64,000 nucleotides of DNA from Mobula hypostoma (lineage: Eukaryota), in the NCBI RefSeq assembly GCF_963921235.1, contig NC_086097.1:148802001-148866000 (forward strand). Direction: 5' to 3'. Shown in pieces: positions 13,601 to 26,090 of the stretch (positions within the stretch are counted from its first letter, which is position 1; every line of letters begins with the position of its first letter). The position numbers and the translations under genes were made by a program. Under the pieces are notes generated by a model. It had not been told where the DNA came from. It searched no databases and saw nothing but the letters and a program-made list of their open reading frames with translations.

Positions 13601-15199
13601 GAATAGACTAAATCCGTTAGCATTGATCTACTGCTCGGTAAGTCTCAAGGTGCTGCTACATTTTACAATAACAATTAGGGACAGGAATCTTAGAGTGCAC
13701 TTAGGAACCGTGTTCCTGAGCATTTTCATAGAAGTGGGGAGGGGCCCTAAGATCAATAATTTCTTTAACAAATCATTCTCCATCTCTGCTGTCAGCTCAA
13801 GAACAGCAAATTGCAGAATGGTCATTAAATGCCGACTATCACTATTTTATTTTTATTTTCTGCACTGATCTCAGTCATTGAGAATAGTTGACCTGATCAA
13901 AGGTCTTTTGCAACACCACTGCTGACTTTTTTATATTTGGAGAGTTATATTTGTATGATGACTATTCTTTGTTCTGATTCCTTTTCAATTATCATGGCCA
14001 GAACTTGAACAGCACAGTATAAGATATTTGAGTATAAACAGGCTAAATAGGGCTGTTTCTATGATCCTATTGGTTCGTCTTCAAAGGTAGGGGCAAATTG
14101 GGAGGCCTATGACTGTGACTCTGACACTAATCCCAGATACCAGGTTGCTATTAATAGAGCGGCAACAATTAGAAAGTTCCATTGTGTGAAGACCTCATTG
14201 GAGACAAAAAAAAATCAAACTTGTCATTGACTTGTGCCCAGTTCCTGGATGTATAGAGTTAAAATGTAGATTAGCCATGTTCTAAATTGATGGTGATTAT
14301 GTTTAAATCACCAAATGGCTTATTCCTTTTCCAATCTCTTACTTTCCCAAATAGGAAATGTGGTTTACTCCAGTTCCTAAATTCCTACCATTAGCTTTCA
14401 GGAAGACTGCTGAATATTGCCCGTAACATTGAACAAGCTTTAAACGCAATGCAGACCAAGTAACTGGGAAATATGCCTGAAATTCTGGGCCAGAGCAATG
14501 GAAATTTAGAGCTGATGTAACAAGTCTTAACTTTTTTTTCCTATAATACAAATATTCTCTGGGCAGATAACATCCCAAAACTTTTTAACAAAAATTATTT
14601 TTTTATATTGCCTCTAATATAATGATAATAATATACCTGAATGAGACTGACCACATTTTGGGTGTTAAAGGAATCAAAGGGTGTGTGCATAGGATAGAAA
14701 AATGGAGATCATGTTGAACAATGGCAAGTAATATCTTGAGTTATGGAGCAAACTAAAGAAGTCTCACTCCTCCAGTGATGTAAAATTGTCTATTGCTGGC
14801 AGTTATTAAACTAAAAAAAGAGAAATGGTAGTATATTGCTCCAAACAGCTTGTTTAACCATCCATATCCAGTAAGAGTAGCATGTGCAAAATATCACTTT
14901 GAGTTTTATCTACAAGTTTTTCTTAGCTTGTGTATTAAAATCTTCTTTTGGATTATCTAGTGCTAATTAGCAAAGCTATTTTCTGTATTAATTTCTGTGG
15001 AGCGCTAGGCAATAGCAACCATCATGCAAAGCCATTTTATTGAACTGTTTTATTAAAGCTCAGTTTACTTGACAGCTCAGGGTCAGCTGTTCAATATTTA
15101 CCTATTGGGTATTTTGGAAACACATTAGAAAAAATGCTTTTCAAAAGTGTCAGCACACTGTATACTTAATAGGAACAACTATTTTCAAAGTTAATGATC

Positions 15200-15825
15200 T
15201 AAGCATTTTTGATACTCAAGCACAGTTTAGACATATCTACCCACTCGGGTCCTCTTAAAAACTCTTTCCTTAAAGCTATACCCTCATTTTTGATATCCCT
15301 ACCGTTTTGATTATCTACTCTATCTAAGAATCTCAGAAACTTATATCCTTCTATCAGGTCACTCCAGAGAAAACAAGCCAGCCTATCCAATTTTTCCCCA
15401 TCACTAATTTAAGCAACATCTTGGTAAATTTCTTCTGCATTCTACTTATTGCAATCACATTCTTCCTGCACTGTGGTGGAAAGAACTGCTCATAATACTC
15501 AACACAAGAGGTACTACAGATGTTGGAAATCTAGAGCAATACACACAATGTGCTGGAGGAGCTCAGTAGATCAGGCAGCATCTGTGGATGGGAATAAACA
15601 GTCAACATTTATTCCCATCCATAGCTGTTGCCTGACCTGCTGAGCTCCACCAGCACATTGTGTGCATTGCTCATAATACTGCAAGTGCAGCCTAAATCAG
15701 TGTTTTGCAAAGCTGCAACATAATGTTTCACTTCTTATATTTCTTTTTCTCAACAAATGAAGGCAAGCATATTGTATGCCTTTTCTCACGACCCTATCAT
15801 GGACGTGTACTCCTAGGTTTCTCTG
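15200..15825 (-). mobile_element. Degenerate CR1 fragment interrupted by a fold-back insertion
   Basis: Minus-strand SDLIEGYKFLRFLDRVD and related motifs. Confidence 0.65.
15500..15672 (-). mobile_element. Older Penelope-terminus-derived fold-back element
   Basis: ~65-bp imperfect inverted repeat (15534-15598 vs 15608-15672), flanked by direct repeat ataatact. Confidence 0.65.
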
Positions 15826-15827
15826 AT

Positions 15828-16220
15828 CGTCATCAATATCAACATCATCACTATGTAGCGTGTTGTATGACGTAGGCGATGATGGTCTCATGAACATGAT
15901 TGTTCTTGGCAATTTTTTTTTACAGAAGCGGTTTGTCATTGCATTCTTATGGGCAGTGTCTTTACAAGATAGGTGGCCGCAACCGTTATCAATACTCTTC
16001 AGAGATCGTCTGCTTGGCGCCAGTGGTCACATAACCAGGACTTGTGATATGCATCGGCTGCTCCTACAATCATCCACCACCTGCTCCCATGGCTTCACAT
16101 CGGGAGCGGATGGAATAGGCAGGTGCTACCCCTTGCCAAGGGTGACATGCAGGCTCGCTGAGGAGAGGAGCGCCTTACACCTCCTTTGGTAAAGACGTAT
16201 CTCCACCCTGCCACCCATAC
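15828..16220 (-). mobile_element. SINE-like element with (GAT)n-type tail
   Basis: CpG-retaining block with a sharp compositional boundary and tcatcatca-like end; family not assigned. Confidence 0.45.
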
Positions 16221-18984
16221 CTCTGTCCATCAGCATTCCTTATTGCACTAGCATTTTACTGTACTACTCTTTCAGATTTCCAGGAATGCATCATCTATAT
16301 TGTGCAATTGTACATTTTGAATTATCACTATTTCTAGAAAAAATGTGGGTAAAGCCAATTGTATGTTGGCATTATTTCACAGGAAATAAGGATACAACAG
16401 TAAGTAAATCTAGCAGCAATTGCAGGTGGCTTTAATGAAACTAGTGTTAAAATGCTTTGCACAGGTTTAGTTTCCAGACTCCAGGAAAGACTGCCAAGAA
16501 ACTAGACTGTGCAGTATCATGTTTTTGTGTGGTACATGATTCATTTTCAATGAAAAATAATACATGCACTGTGAGATGACTATTTTCCTTTCAGATCTTT
16601 CTTGCTTCTTTGTGAGTCACGACACCTCTTCTTGGAACTCCCTAGATAAAGGTATGGTTCTTTGAATGACAGGAATCAGTAATGCCAAAGCGAGCCTTTA
16701 CTGAGCTTGTGAATCTGCTTCATCATTTCTTAAAGAATACATGCAGACTAGAAGTGAAATCCCATCTCACCCCTTTAAGTAATGTACTTACTCAGCTCCC
16801 TCAACTGAGAGTTCCACTACACCCCAAGTTCTAACCTTCACCCAAACTCCCCCACCATTATACAAACAACAATGCCTACCCTTCAACTGTTTGACATCTC
16901 CACTCCTATATCCCCTGATCTGCCATTATCCACCCAACAAACAAACTGCTGACCGATTGCAGTGTCCACTCCCACTAGCAATTTGACTTTACCATCATTG
17001 CAGGTTTGTCTTTGGATTATCTTGAGCCATACATCTGTAGTAGATATTGAGCATGTATTTTTTTTTAAAAGTTCCTTGTGCCATGTAGCAATGATTTTGA
17101 TATATTTTCATATCACTACAGATGATAGTTGAGTACTGCTCACTTTCAATGAAGGATGTTTAATTAGAGACTTTGCCCAGGTTACTTGCTTTATTGAAGA
17201 GCACCGTAGAAGAATCTACAGACGAATGGCACCCAGCCCAATGTTCCTGGCAGCCGATGGGGTATTAGGGAAGTAAGTACAGAAGACTGCGGATGCTGGA
17301 ATCTAAAACAAAAATCAAGTTGAGGGAGGAGCTCAGTGAGTCAAGCAGCATTTGTGGGGGCAAAAAGAATTTTTGCCATTTTGGTTCGAGATGCTGCTTG
17401 AAGACTAGACTGTTGAGGTAACAAAACTGGTATAAACAGGAGGGGTTGGGTGGGATGATACAGGGGTTGGTAGATGATAGGTGAACCAGGGAGGGGTGAG
17501 GTACCATGGACCGATGAAGCAGGAATGGGAAATGTATATGCCTGTACAACTATCTAGAACTAAACATACACATTCAGTTTGCCAACATAAAGAAAAAATA
17601 TTATTCCCTTCCTCTTACAATCTGCAATGGTGAACTTTCCTCTGTGATCCCATGTAGCCCACTGTCACTTTCTTGTGCTTTTGTGACTTCAGCTGTCTGT
17701 GAATCTATCTGTCGGTCTCATTCCTTTTCTCTGCTAAGTTAATTACCATGCATTTCTCCATTGGGTACTAGTAGATCATTTCTATCATACTGTGGGTCTA
17801 TCTCACAGTTTGCTGCTATATCACTGTGTTTTACTTTCTGTATGTTTCTCTATCTATCCCTCCCACAATCGTTTATCTCTACCTCCCTGTATTTTAGTCT
17901 CATTCTCTCATTCCAGCTCTCTTTTCCTGTACTCCAGTTTTTACTAACTTCTCTCGGTCTTCTTCTGTTTCGTCCCATTTCTCTTTCTTGCTAATTTTTT
18001 TTGTCATTTAGTTTAACTGTCTAATACACTATCGGCATCTTTTATCTTTCATCAGCAATCCCTATCAAAGATGCTTAACTTCAGCTTGTTCTATGTTGCT
18101 GCATTCCTCACAAGCAACTTCTAGTGTGATCTACTACATTGAAGATCAGAGTGGAACATTGTTGCCCCCTAGAGCTCCAACACACAAGCTGCATTAAATA
18201 AAAAAACAGCCTTGATAATAACAGCTTACAACTATTTTCCAATAGCAGCAGAATGTTTCATTAATACTGTTGTAGGCAACATGGATAGCCACAGTATAAT
18301 CTTTCACTGCCACCTACTGGCAAAATAGAGACCATATGTTTTAGGTAATAATCTCCATTGATAGCACTTGGAGCTTCCATGTAATTTTTGGGAGGCAAGG
18401 TGCATTTATTTATAATATAAACTGTTTTCTTGTGCTTTCTACCCATGTATAAAAACTTTGTGCAAATATGATTTCAAAACTAACTAATAGAACCTAAAGG
18501 ATACTTCGTTGATGAAATATTTTTGTAAATGAATATAGAATTCACAGGAAAATACATAAATATGTTAGTGACTACTTAAATCCATTTTGCCACTCGGAAA
18601 ATGATGTTGAACAGTGAGTCATTTCTAGGATAATCACAGAGCACAGTGGAATAGTGAGCAGAAATTCAAAACAAAAACAAAATCAATCAGTACATTGAAG
18701 GTGGAAATTCAGAGAGAATAATTTACAGAGGTATGGAAAATAAAAGCTGGACAGAGGACTAGCAGGAATGCAGTACCAATTCCTCGCACAGACTTGACAG
18801 AATAAATGGTCTGTGATATGACCATTCATCATGCTATTCTCTCTCTAGGAGCAAAAAATTATTGACCATTGGCTGAAGAGCATAACAGCCAAGATCTCAG
18901 ATGACCGCCCATAAATTCCGGGCAATAGACAAAATAAACTGGCAGTGGAGAGGAATGTTCCTCAATTACTCATGTATACGGATC

Positions 18985-19015
<31 letters not shown>

Positions 19016-20279
19016 CTAATAAAAAACAAAGGTTTAATGTTCTACTTAAGTGTTGGCATTCTGACATAAAGCCTTTTCTAGATACTCGAGTAATGGCCCT
19101 GGTGAGGTGAGCTTACCTCATGCTGAATCAGGGCAAAAATTATTGTTGACTCCAGTTCTTCACCCATGCTCTCACCCAGACTCCATTCTGAATCTATACG
19201 TGTGATGCACCAACATAGAGAGACTACCAGCCATACAAAGAATTTGAGGCATGTGTAACCAATTAAAGGACTTGACCTTCGTAAGCCACTACTAGGAGTC
19301 TGAGGCATCCATCCTACTCCAGACAGGTGCCTTCTTTAAATGTCCATTATTTCTGATTCTACTCACCACTATCGATATCTTCAGCTCTTTACATTCTGTC
19401 TGACGTTCCAATTATCACCTAATTCACACAAATGCCTGTCCAAGAAAATCAGGAAAATGCAAACTCTTACCATTTTAAAAAGTATTTGTTAGTCTCTTGT
19501 CTCTCCAACTAGAGAACATGCTCTGGGTATTTTTCTAAATGGAGAGCGCAGCATCTGTGGAGCCAACTCATTGAATATATTTAAAGCGGGGTTGATAGAT
19601 TCTTGATTAATAAAGGAGTCAAAGATTATGAGGAGAGGGCAGGAGAGTGGGTTTAAGAGGGAAATTATTCAACCATGATCAAATGCCAGAGCAGACCCCA
19701 TTGGCCGAATGGCCAAATTCTACTCCTACCTTTTGTCTTTTAATGTTACTACACAGGTGGGCATGTACACATGAGCCACCTGGGACGTGCATCCTTGGGA
19801 ACTTGCCTTCATATCAAGTCTAATTTCATTTAAGAGCATGATTAACAACATGTTAGTCAAGGGAACAGCTGAAACAGGAAACATAATGGTGACACCTGCA
19901 CTTTACCTATGGACTTCTCAACATCAAAATACACCAGCTACATGTTTACAAAATACATTTATGTAGCCTGGCTTCATTCACCAAAAGTTATAGGTATCAA
20001 AGGAATATGCACACATTATAAAAGTAATGATATGAGTCACGGCATAAAGCAGAAAGTGGATAATTATGGCAACTGAATTATTATAAGACGTGTAGTTTCA
20101 GTGACAGTGAATTCTAACATTTTAAACTATATAGTTTCGGCTGTATTACACAGTTGATTTTTATCATAATTAAACAGTTATAAAGGCAGATGCTATTATT
20201 TCAAATGTATAATTTTTCACAAATCGTATTGATAATAGTATTGATTTACAAACAGATAACAATTCAATTAGGACTGAAG

Positions 20280-21285
20280 TAACATGTAAAAAACACTGGA
20301 GGAACTCAGCAGGGTAGGTCAGCATCTACAAAAAGGAATAAACAATCGATGTTTCAGGCCATGACCCCTCACCAGGACTGGAAGGTAAGGGGGAGAAAGC
20401 CAGGATAAGAAGGTGGGGAGAGAGGAAGAAGTACACGCTGGAAGGTGATAGGTGAAGGCAGATGAGGGGGGAGGCAGGTGGGATTGAGGGGGACGATGAA
20501 GTGAGAAGCTGGGAGGTGATAGGTGAAGGCAGATGAGGGGGGAGGCAGGTGGGATTGAGGGGGACGATGAAGTGAGAAGCTGGGAGGTGATAGGTGAAGG
20601 CAGATGAGGGGGGAGGCAGGTGGGATTGAGGGGGACGATGAAGTGAGAAGCTGGGAGGTGATAGGTGAAGGCAGATGAGGGGGGAGGCAGGTGGAATTGA
20701 GGGGGACGATGAAGTGAGAAGCTGGGAGGTGATAGGTGAAGGCAGATGAGGGGGGAGGCAGGTGGGATTGAGGGGGACGATGAAGTGAGAAGCTGGGAGG
20801 TGATAGGTGAAGGCAGATGAGGGGGGAGGCAGGTGGAATTGAGGGGGACGATGAAGTGAGAAGCTGGGAGGTGATAGGTGAAGGCAGATGAGGGGGGAGG
20901 CAGGTGGGATTGAGGGGGACGATGAAGTGAGAAGCTGGGAGGTGATAGGTGAAGGCAGATGAGGGGGGAGGCAGGTGGGATTGAGGGGGACGATGAAGTG
21001 AGAAGCTGGGAGGTGATAGGTGAAGGCAGATGAGGGGGGGAGGCAGGTGGGATTGAGGGGGACGATGAAGTGAGAAGCTGGGTGGTGATAGGTGGGAAGG
21101 TAAAGGGCCGAAGAGGACAGAATCCAATGGGAGAGGAGAGTTAGACCATGGGAGAAAGGGAAGGAGGAGGGACAGCAGGGGAAGAGATAGGCAGGTGAGG
21201 ACAAGAGAAGAGGTAAAGAGGGGAGCCAGAGTGGGGAATGGACGAAGAGAGAAGAAAGAGGGGAAAAATAGGACTGGAAGTGGGA
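20280..21285 (-). mobile_element. Penelope-terminus remnant hosting a minisatellite
   Basis: Starts ctggaggaactcagcagggtaggtcagcatcta, like 29019-29420; decayed hammerhead at ~20345-20380. Confidence 0.7.
20437..21094. repeat. 71-bp G-rich minisatellite, 9 full copies plus a partial
   Basis: Unit starts at 20437, 20508, 20579, 20650, 20721, 20792, 20863, 20934, 21005, 21077; near-identical copies. Confidence 0.98.
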
Positions 21286-21334
21286 GTTGGGGGGCAGGAG
21301 AACTGAAACAAGTTACAATCTTCAGGGAAATGGT

Positions 21335-23140
21335 ACTTAGTAAAACCTGCTAGATCTCCAAGCTGATAGGTCCCTGGGTTCTTGTGGACTTTACACTAAA
21401 GAAAAGGCTAGCAAGATAGTTAATTTTCCAAAATTCTCTAAGGTTAGGTGAGATTCTATTCGATTGGTAAATAGCAAATGTGGCTCATTTATTCAAGAGA
21501 GGAGGGAGATAAAGCAGGAAACTACAATCCAGTTAGCTTAACATTTACCACAAGAAACATTTTGGAAATTATTATTTACTGTTATAGTGAAGCAGTTTTA
21601 AAAATCCAAGGTAATCACGCAGTCAACATGGTTTTGTGAAAGGGCAATCGTGTTTGACCAACTTAGTGAACGTCTTTAAAAAAGTAATATGTGCTGTGGA
21701 CAAAGGGGAACACAAAGCATTTAGCTCCCTGGAAGACATTTGAGAAGATGCACATGAAAGGTTATAGTAGAAAATAAAAGCTTATGGTGTAGGTGGAACA
21801 TTATGGCTAAGACTTTCAAACTAATTAGGATGCTAATTGCAGGTATAACTGGGTCTTTTTCTTATTGGCTAGTAGTAACAAGTGGTATGCCACAGGGATC
21901 CATGCTGGGGATCTCAATCTTTTACAATTTATTTAACTGATGTGGATGATGGCACAGCATGTACGTACTTTGCTAGGTTTGCCAAGGACATAAAGGTAAG
22001 AAAGTAAATTTCAAAGAGGACAAATGCAGGCTACAAAGGGATATAGATAAGCCAAATAAGTGTATATATAACTATCTGGTAAATGGAGTAGTATTGCCGT
22101 CGACTTATGGCAACCATATGGACGGTGTAGTTATCCATAGGGTTTTCAAAGCAAGATACGGAAATAGATCGTCAGGTCTTTCTTCCACGCAGATACTGCT
22201 GCTGTCCAGGTTGGGACCCGGCCAGATTCGAATTCAGGACCATTCGGCTCGAAGTCCAGCGCTGATGCCACTACACCACCAGCTGCTGGCTGGCCCAGAT
22301 AGCATATACTGTGGTAAAATGTAGAATTGTACATTGTGGCACAAAAAGTAAAGAAGAACATGCAATCTAAGCCGTGTGAGACCGCAATTCCATATGCAGA
22401 TTTCAAAATTTTAGCCTGCACGTCAATATCCATGTCTGACATGTACGCAAGCAAAAAAGGTTCAAGGTTTGACCCTTACAGAGTATGCCTGCTTCCATTT
22501 TCCACTCTTAAAAACAGTTTACCAAATATCTCTGCTTTCTGTCTTTAAGTCAATTGCTCATTTGTGCTACGACACGTCCTCTTTTTTTCCCCATGGGTCC
22601 CAATATGCTTCAACAGCATTTGTCCATGAGATTTTCTTAAAGGTACTTTGAAAATCAACAATGACTGCATTCTCTTCACTAATTTGCAAAATGTTCTACT
22701 TTGACAGAAAAAAATAAAACTCTTTACCTAAATGGTGAGCATGCAGAGCTCTGGAAGGCAGAGGTTTGTTTATTGGTTGTCTTACTGCATGATTTGCAAA
22801 AGCTGCAAATAATTATAAAAGCCAGTAGTTTGCATTCATTAATCGGTATATTGAACACAAAATTAGGAATGTTTGGTTCAATTATATAGGGCATTAAAGA
22901 GGCTATCTACAGCACTTACCATGGTATTTTTATTTAAGGACATTTCTTTTGTCTCAGAGGCCTGTGAGTTTTTGACACTGTCTTCCTCAAAGGGAGGTGA
23001 AAACAGTCTTGATATTCTTAAAGCCAGAAATGGATATTTGATGAGAGGGTGAGCCTCAGGTAGGCAGATACGCAGAGCTGAGCTCAGGTCAGTCATGGTT
23101 TTAGTAAATGGCAAAGCAAGCTTGAAGGGTTAAATGATCT
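21335..23140 (+). mobile_element. Degenerate CR1 LINE, interrupted
   Basis: Decayed AGNYNPVSLT, QHGFVKGQSCLTNL, SGMPQGSMLG motifs; split by a SINE at 22094-22291. Confidence 0.7.
22094..22291 (-). mobile_element. tRNA-derived SINE
   Basis: Head similar to the 8137 SINE (ctggtggtgtagtggcatcagcgctggacttcg; B box gaattcgaatct) but different body. Confidence 0.7.
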
Positions 23141-24547
23141 ACATGAGACCCTCTGTTTGCTGGGGCCAAAGATGGATATTGCGCTCTAGTTGTCTACATG
23201 ATAAGCAAGCCAGTATGCAACCAGGGCAGTAGGATGTGAAGAGCAAGCTGCTGTTGCCCATGCAGCAGGCTTCCCCTCCCCATGCCGATGAATCCAAAGG
23301 AATGACAGAGACCAATACAGTTTGGCACCAGTAGCGTTGCAGGAGCTACCAGTCAGCACTGAACTCAACATAGATACTGCCTTAGGGACTCCAGCTCTAG
23401 ATTTTCCCTTGGGGCTTACTCCTGAAGCTTTTCTCATGAGTGGGTATAGCCACAAGGCAGCAGTTGTTTGAGATCAGAGTTTGCCTTCTCCTAGGTGTGC
23501 TGCCAACCATGGCTAATGAGCTCCGTCTGCCCAAAATTTAAGGTGCCAGTAACCCGCCTTTGCTCCTTCTCCTGTCAGTGACCACAGTAAGTCACATATG
23601 AAGGCTGTCATGCATTTAATATTTCAGTGGTATTTGAGTATTGTTTGATTAAGCATTCCTGTTTGTTTAAATAATTCGTTACGGGTTACGTGTAAGAGTA
23701 AGTGAATGGCATACATCATGACGCTACCACGAGGTAAGTCCATGCCTCACTTAAAGTGAAAAATGAACTAAAGATTCCCATTCTGGATTCTCCGTGTTTT
23801 CCTTCCAGTCAGTTTTTATGCTTTGGAGTTACAAAACACAAGTGGTGGTCACGTGGTATTTTTTTAAAACGACCCATGTCTACTATCTACCCGTTGAAGT
23901 GCAGCGAGACGTTTAAGTTTTTTTAAAAAAGTGCAACGAGACAGTCAAATTGAAAGAAAGTGCAGCTTTTTTTTTCTTTGGAGAAACATGTTTTCTTTGC
24001 AAAAAAGATGTTCAAGTTTTTTAAAAAGGCAGAAAAATGGAAGAATTAATGGGTTTATAAACAGTGACTACCAGGGGATAATAATCATAAAAAAGAGCAG
24101 AAATGACTGGCTACATTTGAAAGATTTACATGTTTGATTTCATGACAAGTAACTGGATTTTGTATCCTGAGCAAATTGAGTAGTATTTTGAAGCAAATCA
24201 AACAGCCAACTAGAAGCAATTGCCAATTTTGCTGAGTACATTGGATTTAAAGGCATACAGTTTGCTTTGAAGTTTAACTGCTCCAACCAAGCCAGCTGAA
24301 ATAAGCATTATATCATTAAGGTAATGCAAGAACATTTAGAACCAAAACCATTGTTGATTGCAGAATGCTTTAGGTTTCAGAAGTGGAATCATAGGGAAGG
24401 GGAATCCATTTCAGTATACATGGCTGAATTGAAGAAATTGTCTGAATTGTCAGTTCAATGATACACTAATTAAGAAAGGTACTGGAAGATGCCACTACTA
24501 TCCCATGCTGTACACCATGAACCATTGCCCAATAGAGGGCAACTAGG

Positions 24548-25060
24548 TGTGGTGCCAACCTATGTGCCTCTGGTTGGAAAGCAAATTTAACCAAGGAAGG
24601 ACCGTGCTGCTCAGAGGAAGTCTGAAAGTAATGAAAGCACAGGTCCGACTGCAACAGTTTTTATAGGTCATATATCTGAGAAAGCCCCTGATATGTTGAT
24701 CAGGCAGTTATTTGTGAAATGTGGCTTGGGTTTAAGCTGGAAGAGAGTTCAATGAGCTTCGGGAAAGTTGCTAGCATTTGACTTTTGTGAGTATGAAGAA
24801 CCAGAATCAACTTTGCATGTAATCAAATGGGAGACAAGAAGTTGCTTGTAAAAGTAGATGAAAAGACCAAACACCAGCTGGATGAATGGAAAGAAAAAAG
24901 GAAAGGACATACAAAACCACCAGATTCATCAGATATGTTGTGGGGCAGAAAACAAAAGGAGAGAAGAAATAGTAAGAAAGAGAAGGGTGTGAAATAGAGA
25001 AGGAACGTGAGAAAGAAAAAGAAAGGGATCAAAGTAGATCCGGAGAGAAAAGCTGAGGAA
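24548..25060 (+). pseudogene. RBM25: Intronless RBM25 fragment (RRM domain plus part of the ER-rich region)
   Basis: Translates VVPTYVPLVGKQI*PRKDRAAQRKSESNESTGPTATVFIGHISEKAPDMLIRQLFVKCGLGLSWKRVQ*ASGKLLAFDFCEYEEPESTLH..QMGDKKLLVKVDEKTKHQLDEWKEKRK, matching the RBM25 RRM as I recall it; has stops and deletions. Confidence 0.92.
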
Positions 25061-25209
25061 AGCAGAAGAAATGTATCCAGAGCTGTCAGAACCACTTCCT
25101 GCGGGCTCAGAGTCAACCCCTACAACCACAAAATGCAGGAGCCCCAGAACCTGAGATTGTTTCACTGCCAAGCAGCGGGGGGAGGGAGAGGGAGAGGGAG
25201 AGGGAGAGG

Positions 25210-25211
<2 letters not shown>

Positions 25212-25305
<94 letters not shown>
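25212..25305. repeat. (GT)n microsatellite preceded by (GGGAGA)n
   Basis: Direct reading; about 47 units. Confidence 0.99.
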
Positions 25306-25307
<2 letters not shown>

Positions 25308-26090
25308 ATTGAGTTGGGAGTTTATAGCCAAGCCGGGAGGAGTGTTTTCACGTGATAAGTGCCTTGGTTAGAGTAAAAACTAAACAAAACTCACATTCCA
25401 GATGCTCCATGATTTCCTTCCAATTAGATTTCATATTTTGCCGTTACAAAACATAACAAAGGTCAAGAGCTGGACTTGGTTGTCAGAGGCTATTTGAGAC
25501 GCACGCCATTGGGAGCCCTTAATAAGTTGCGGGAGCTTATACCCACTAGCTCGGTCAGATATGGCACTGGTTTTCATTTAATCTGTGCTTATGTACGGCA
25601 ATATTTCAAAAAATATATAATGAAACACATTTTGACTCAAATAATTAATTGGTTGAGTTATATTCATCAATCTCCCCCTTATCGCAAAACACACTGTTGT
25701 TAATAATTATTTTTTATACATTTATTTCATTTGAATGTAGAGATGTAAAATTACTTAAAGGTTACAATGAAATAAACTGATACAACTTAAATTTTATTTA
25801 ATTATGTTTATATTAGTATCGTTATTTCATATTGTTTGAGGTTTTAGGCAAATTCTAAATAAATGGTAAAACAAATAAAAATCCTAAGGAATAACAGCGC
25901 TTAATTTAAAAAATTTAATTTTGCAAACTTTGACCACTGTTCCAGGCGGTGAAAGGTCAAACAGTGAGGTGAGAACATGCGCACTGCGGCCATTCGGCAT
26001 TGTTTAAGTTGTAAGGGTGGGGAGACTGGGCCAACCGTTTGCTTTCGGTTGAAAATCGAATTAACGTATTTGCAATCCGTTAGGCAGATC

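Larger units (their letters stand above)
23606..25458 (+). mobile_element. Internally deleted Gypsy LTR retrotransposon carrying an RBM25 mRNA fragment
   Basis: 5' LTR 23606-~23840 (TG..CA); PBS-like tgg at 23843; gag remnant 24103-24462 (YFEAN, AYSLL*SLTAPTKPAE, HLEPKPLLIAECFRF); PPT agccgggaggag 25331-25342; shortened 3' LTR 25343-25458; TSD aaggc/aaggt. Confidence 0.85.
23145..25560. mobile_element. SINE-like or LINE-UTR-like repeat split by the Gypsy insertion (23145-23605 and 25459-25560)
   Basis: GC-richer repeat-like sequence on both sides of the LTR element, joined through the aaggc/aaggt duplication; family not assigned. Confidence 0.45.

Noticed and set aside
20437..21094. CRISPR-like regular array
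   Set aside because: No unique spacers; it is a plain head-to-tail repeat in eukaryotic DNA
20326..21204. 292-aa and 252-aa Pro/Ser-rich minus-strand ORFs
   Set aside because: By-product of the stop-free 71-bp tandem repeat
24548..25060. Functional RBM25 gene or gag-RBM25 fusion protein
   Set aside because: Stops at 24588-24590 and 24753-24755, a deletion in the RRM and several stops in gag
25007..25312. ORF ending in (CV)n
   Set aside because: Translation of the (GT)n microsatellite
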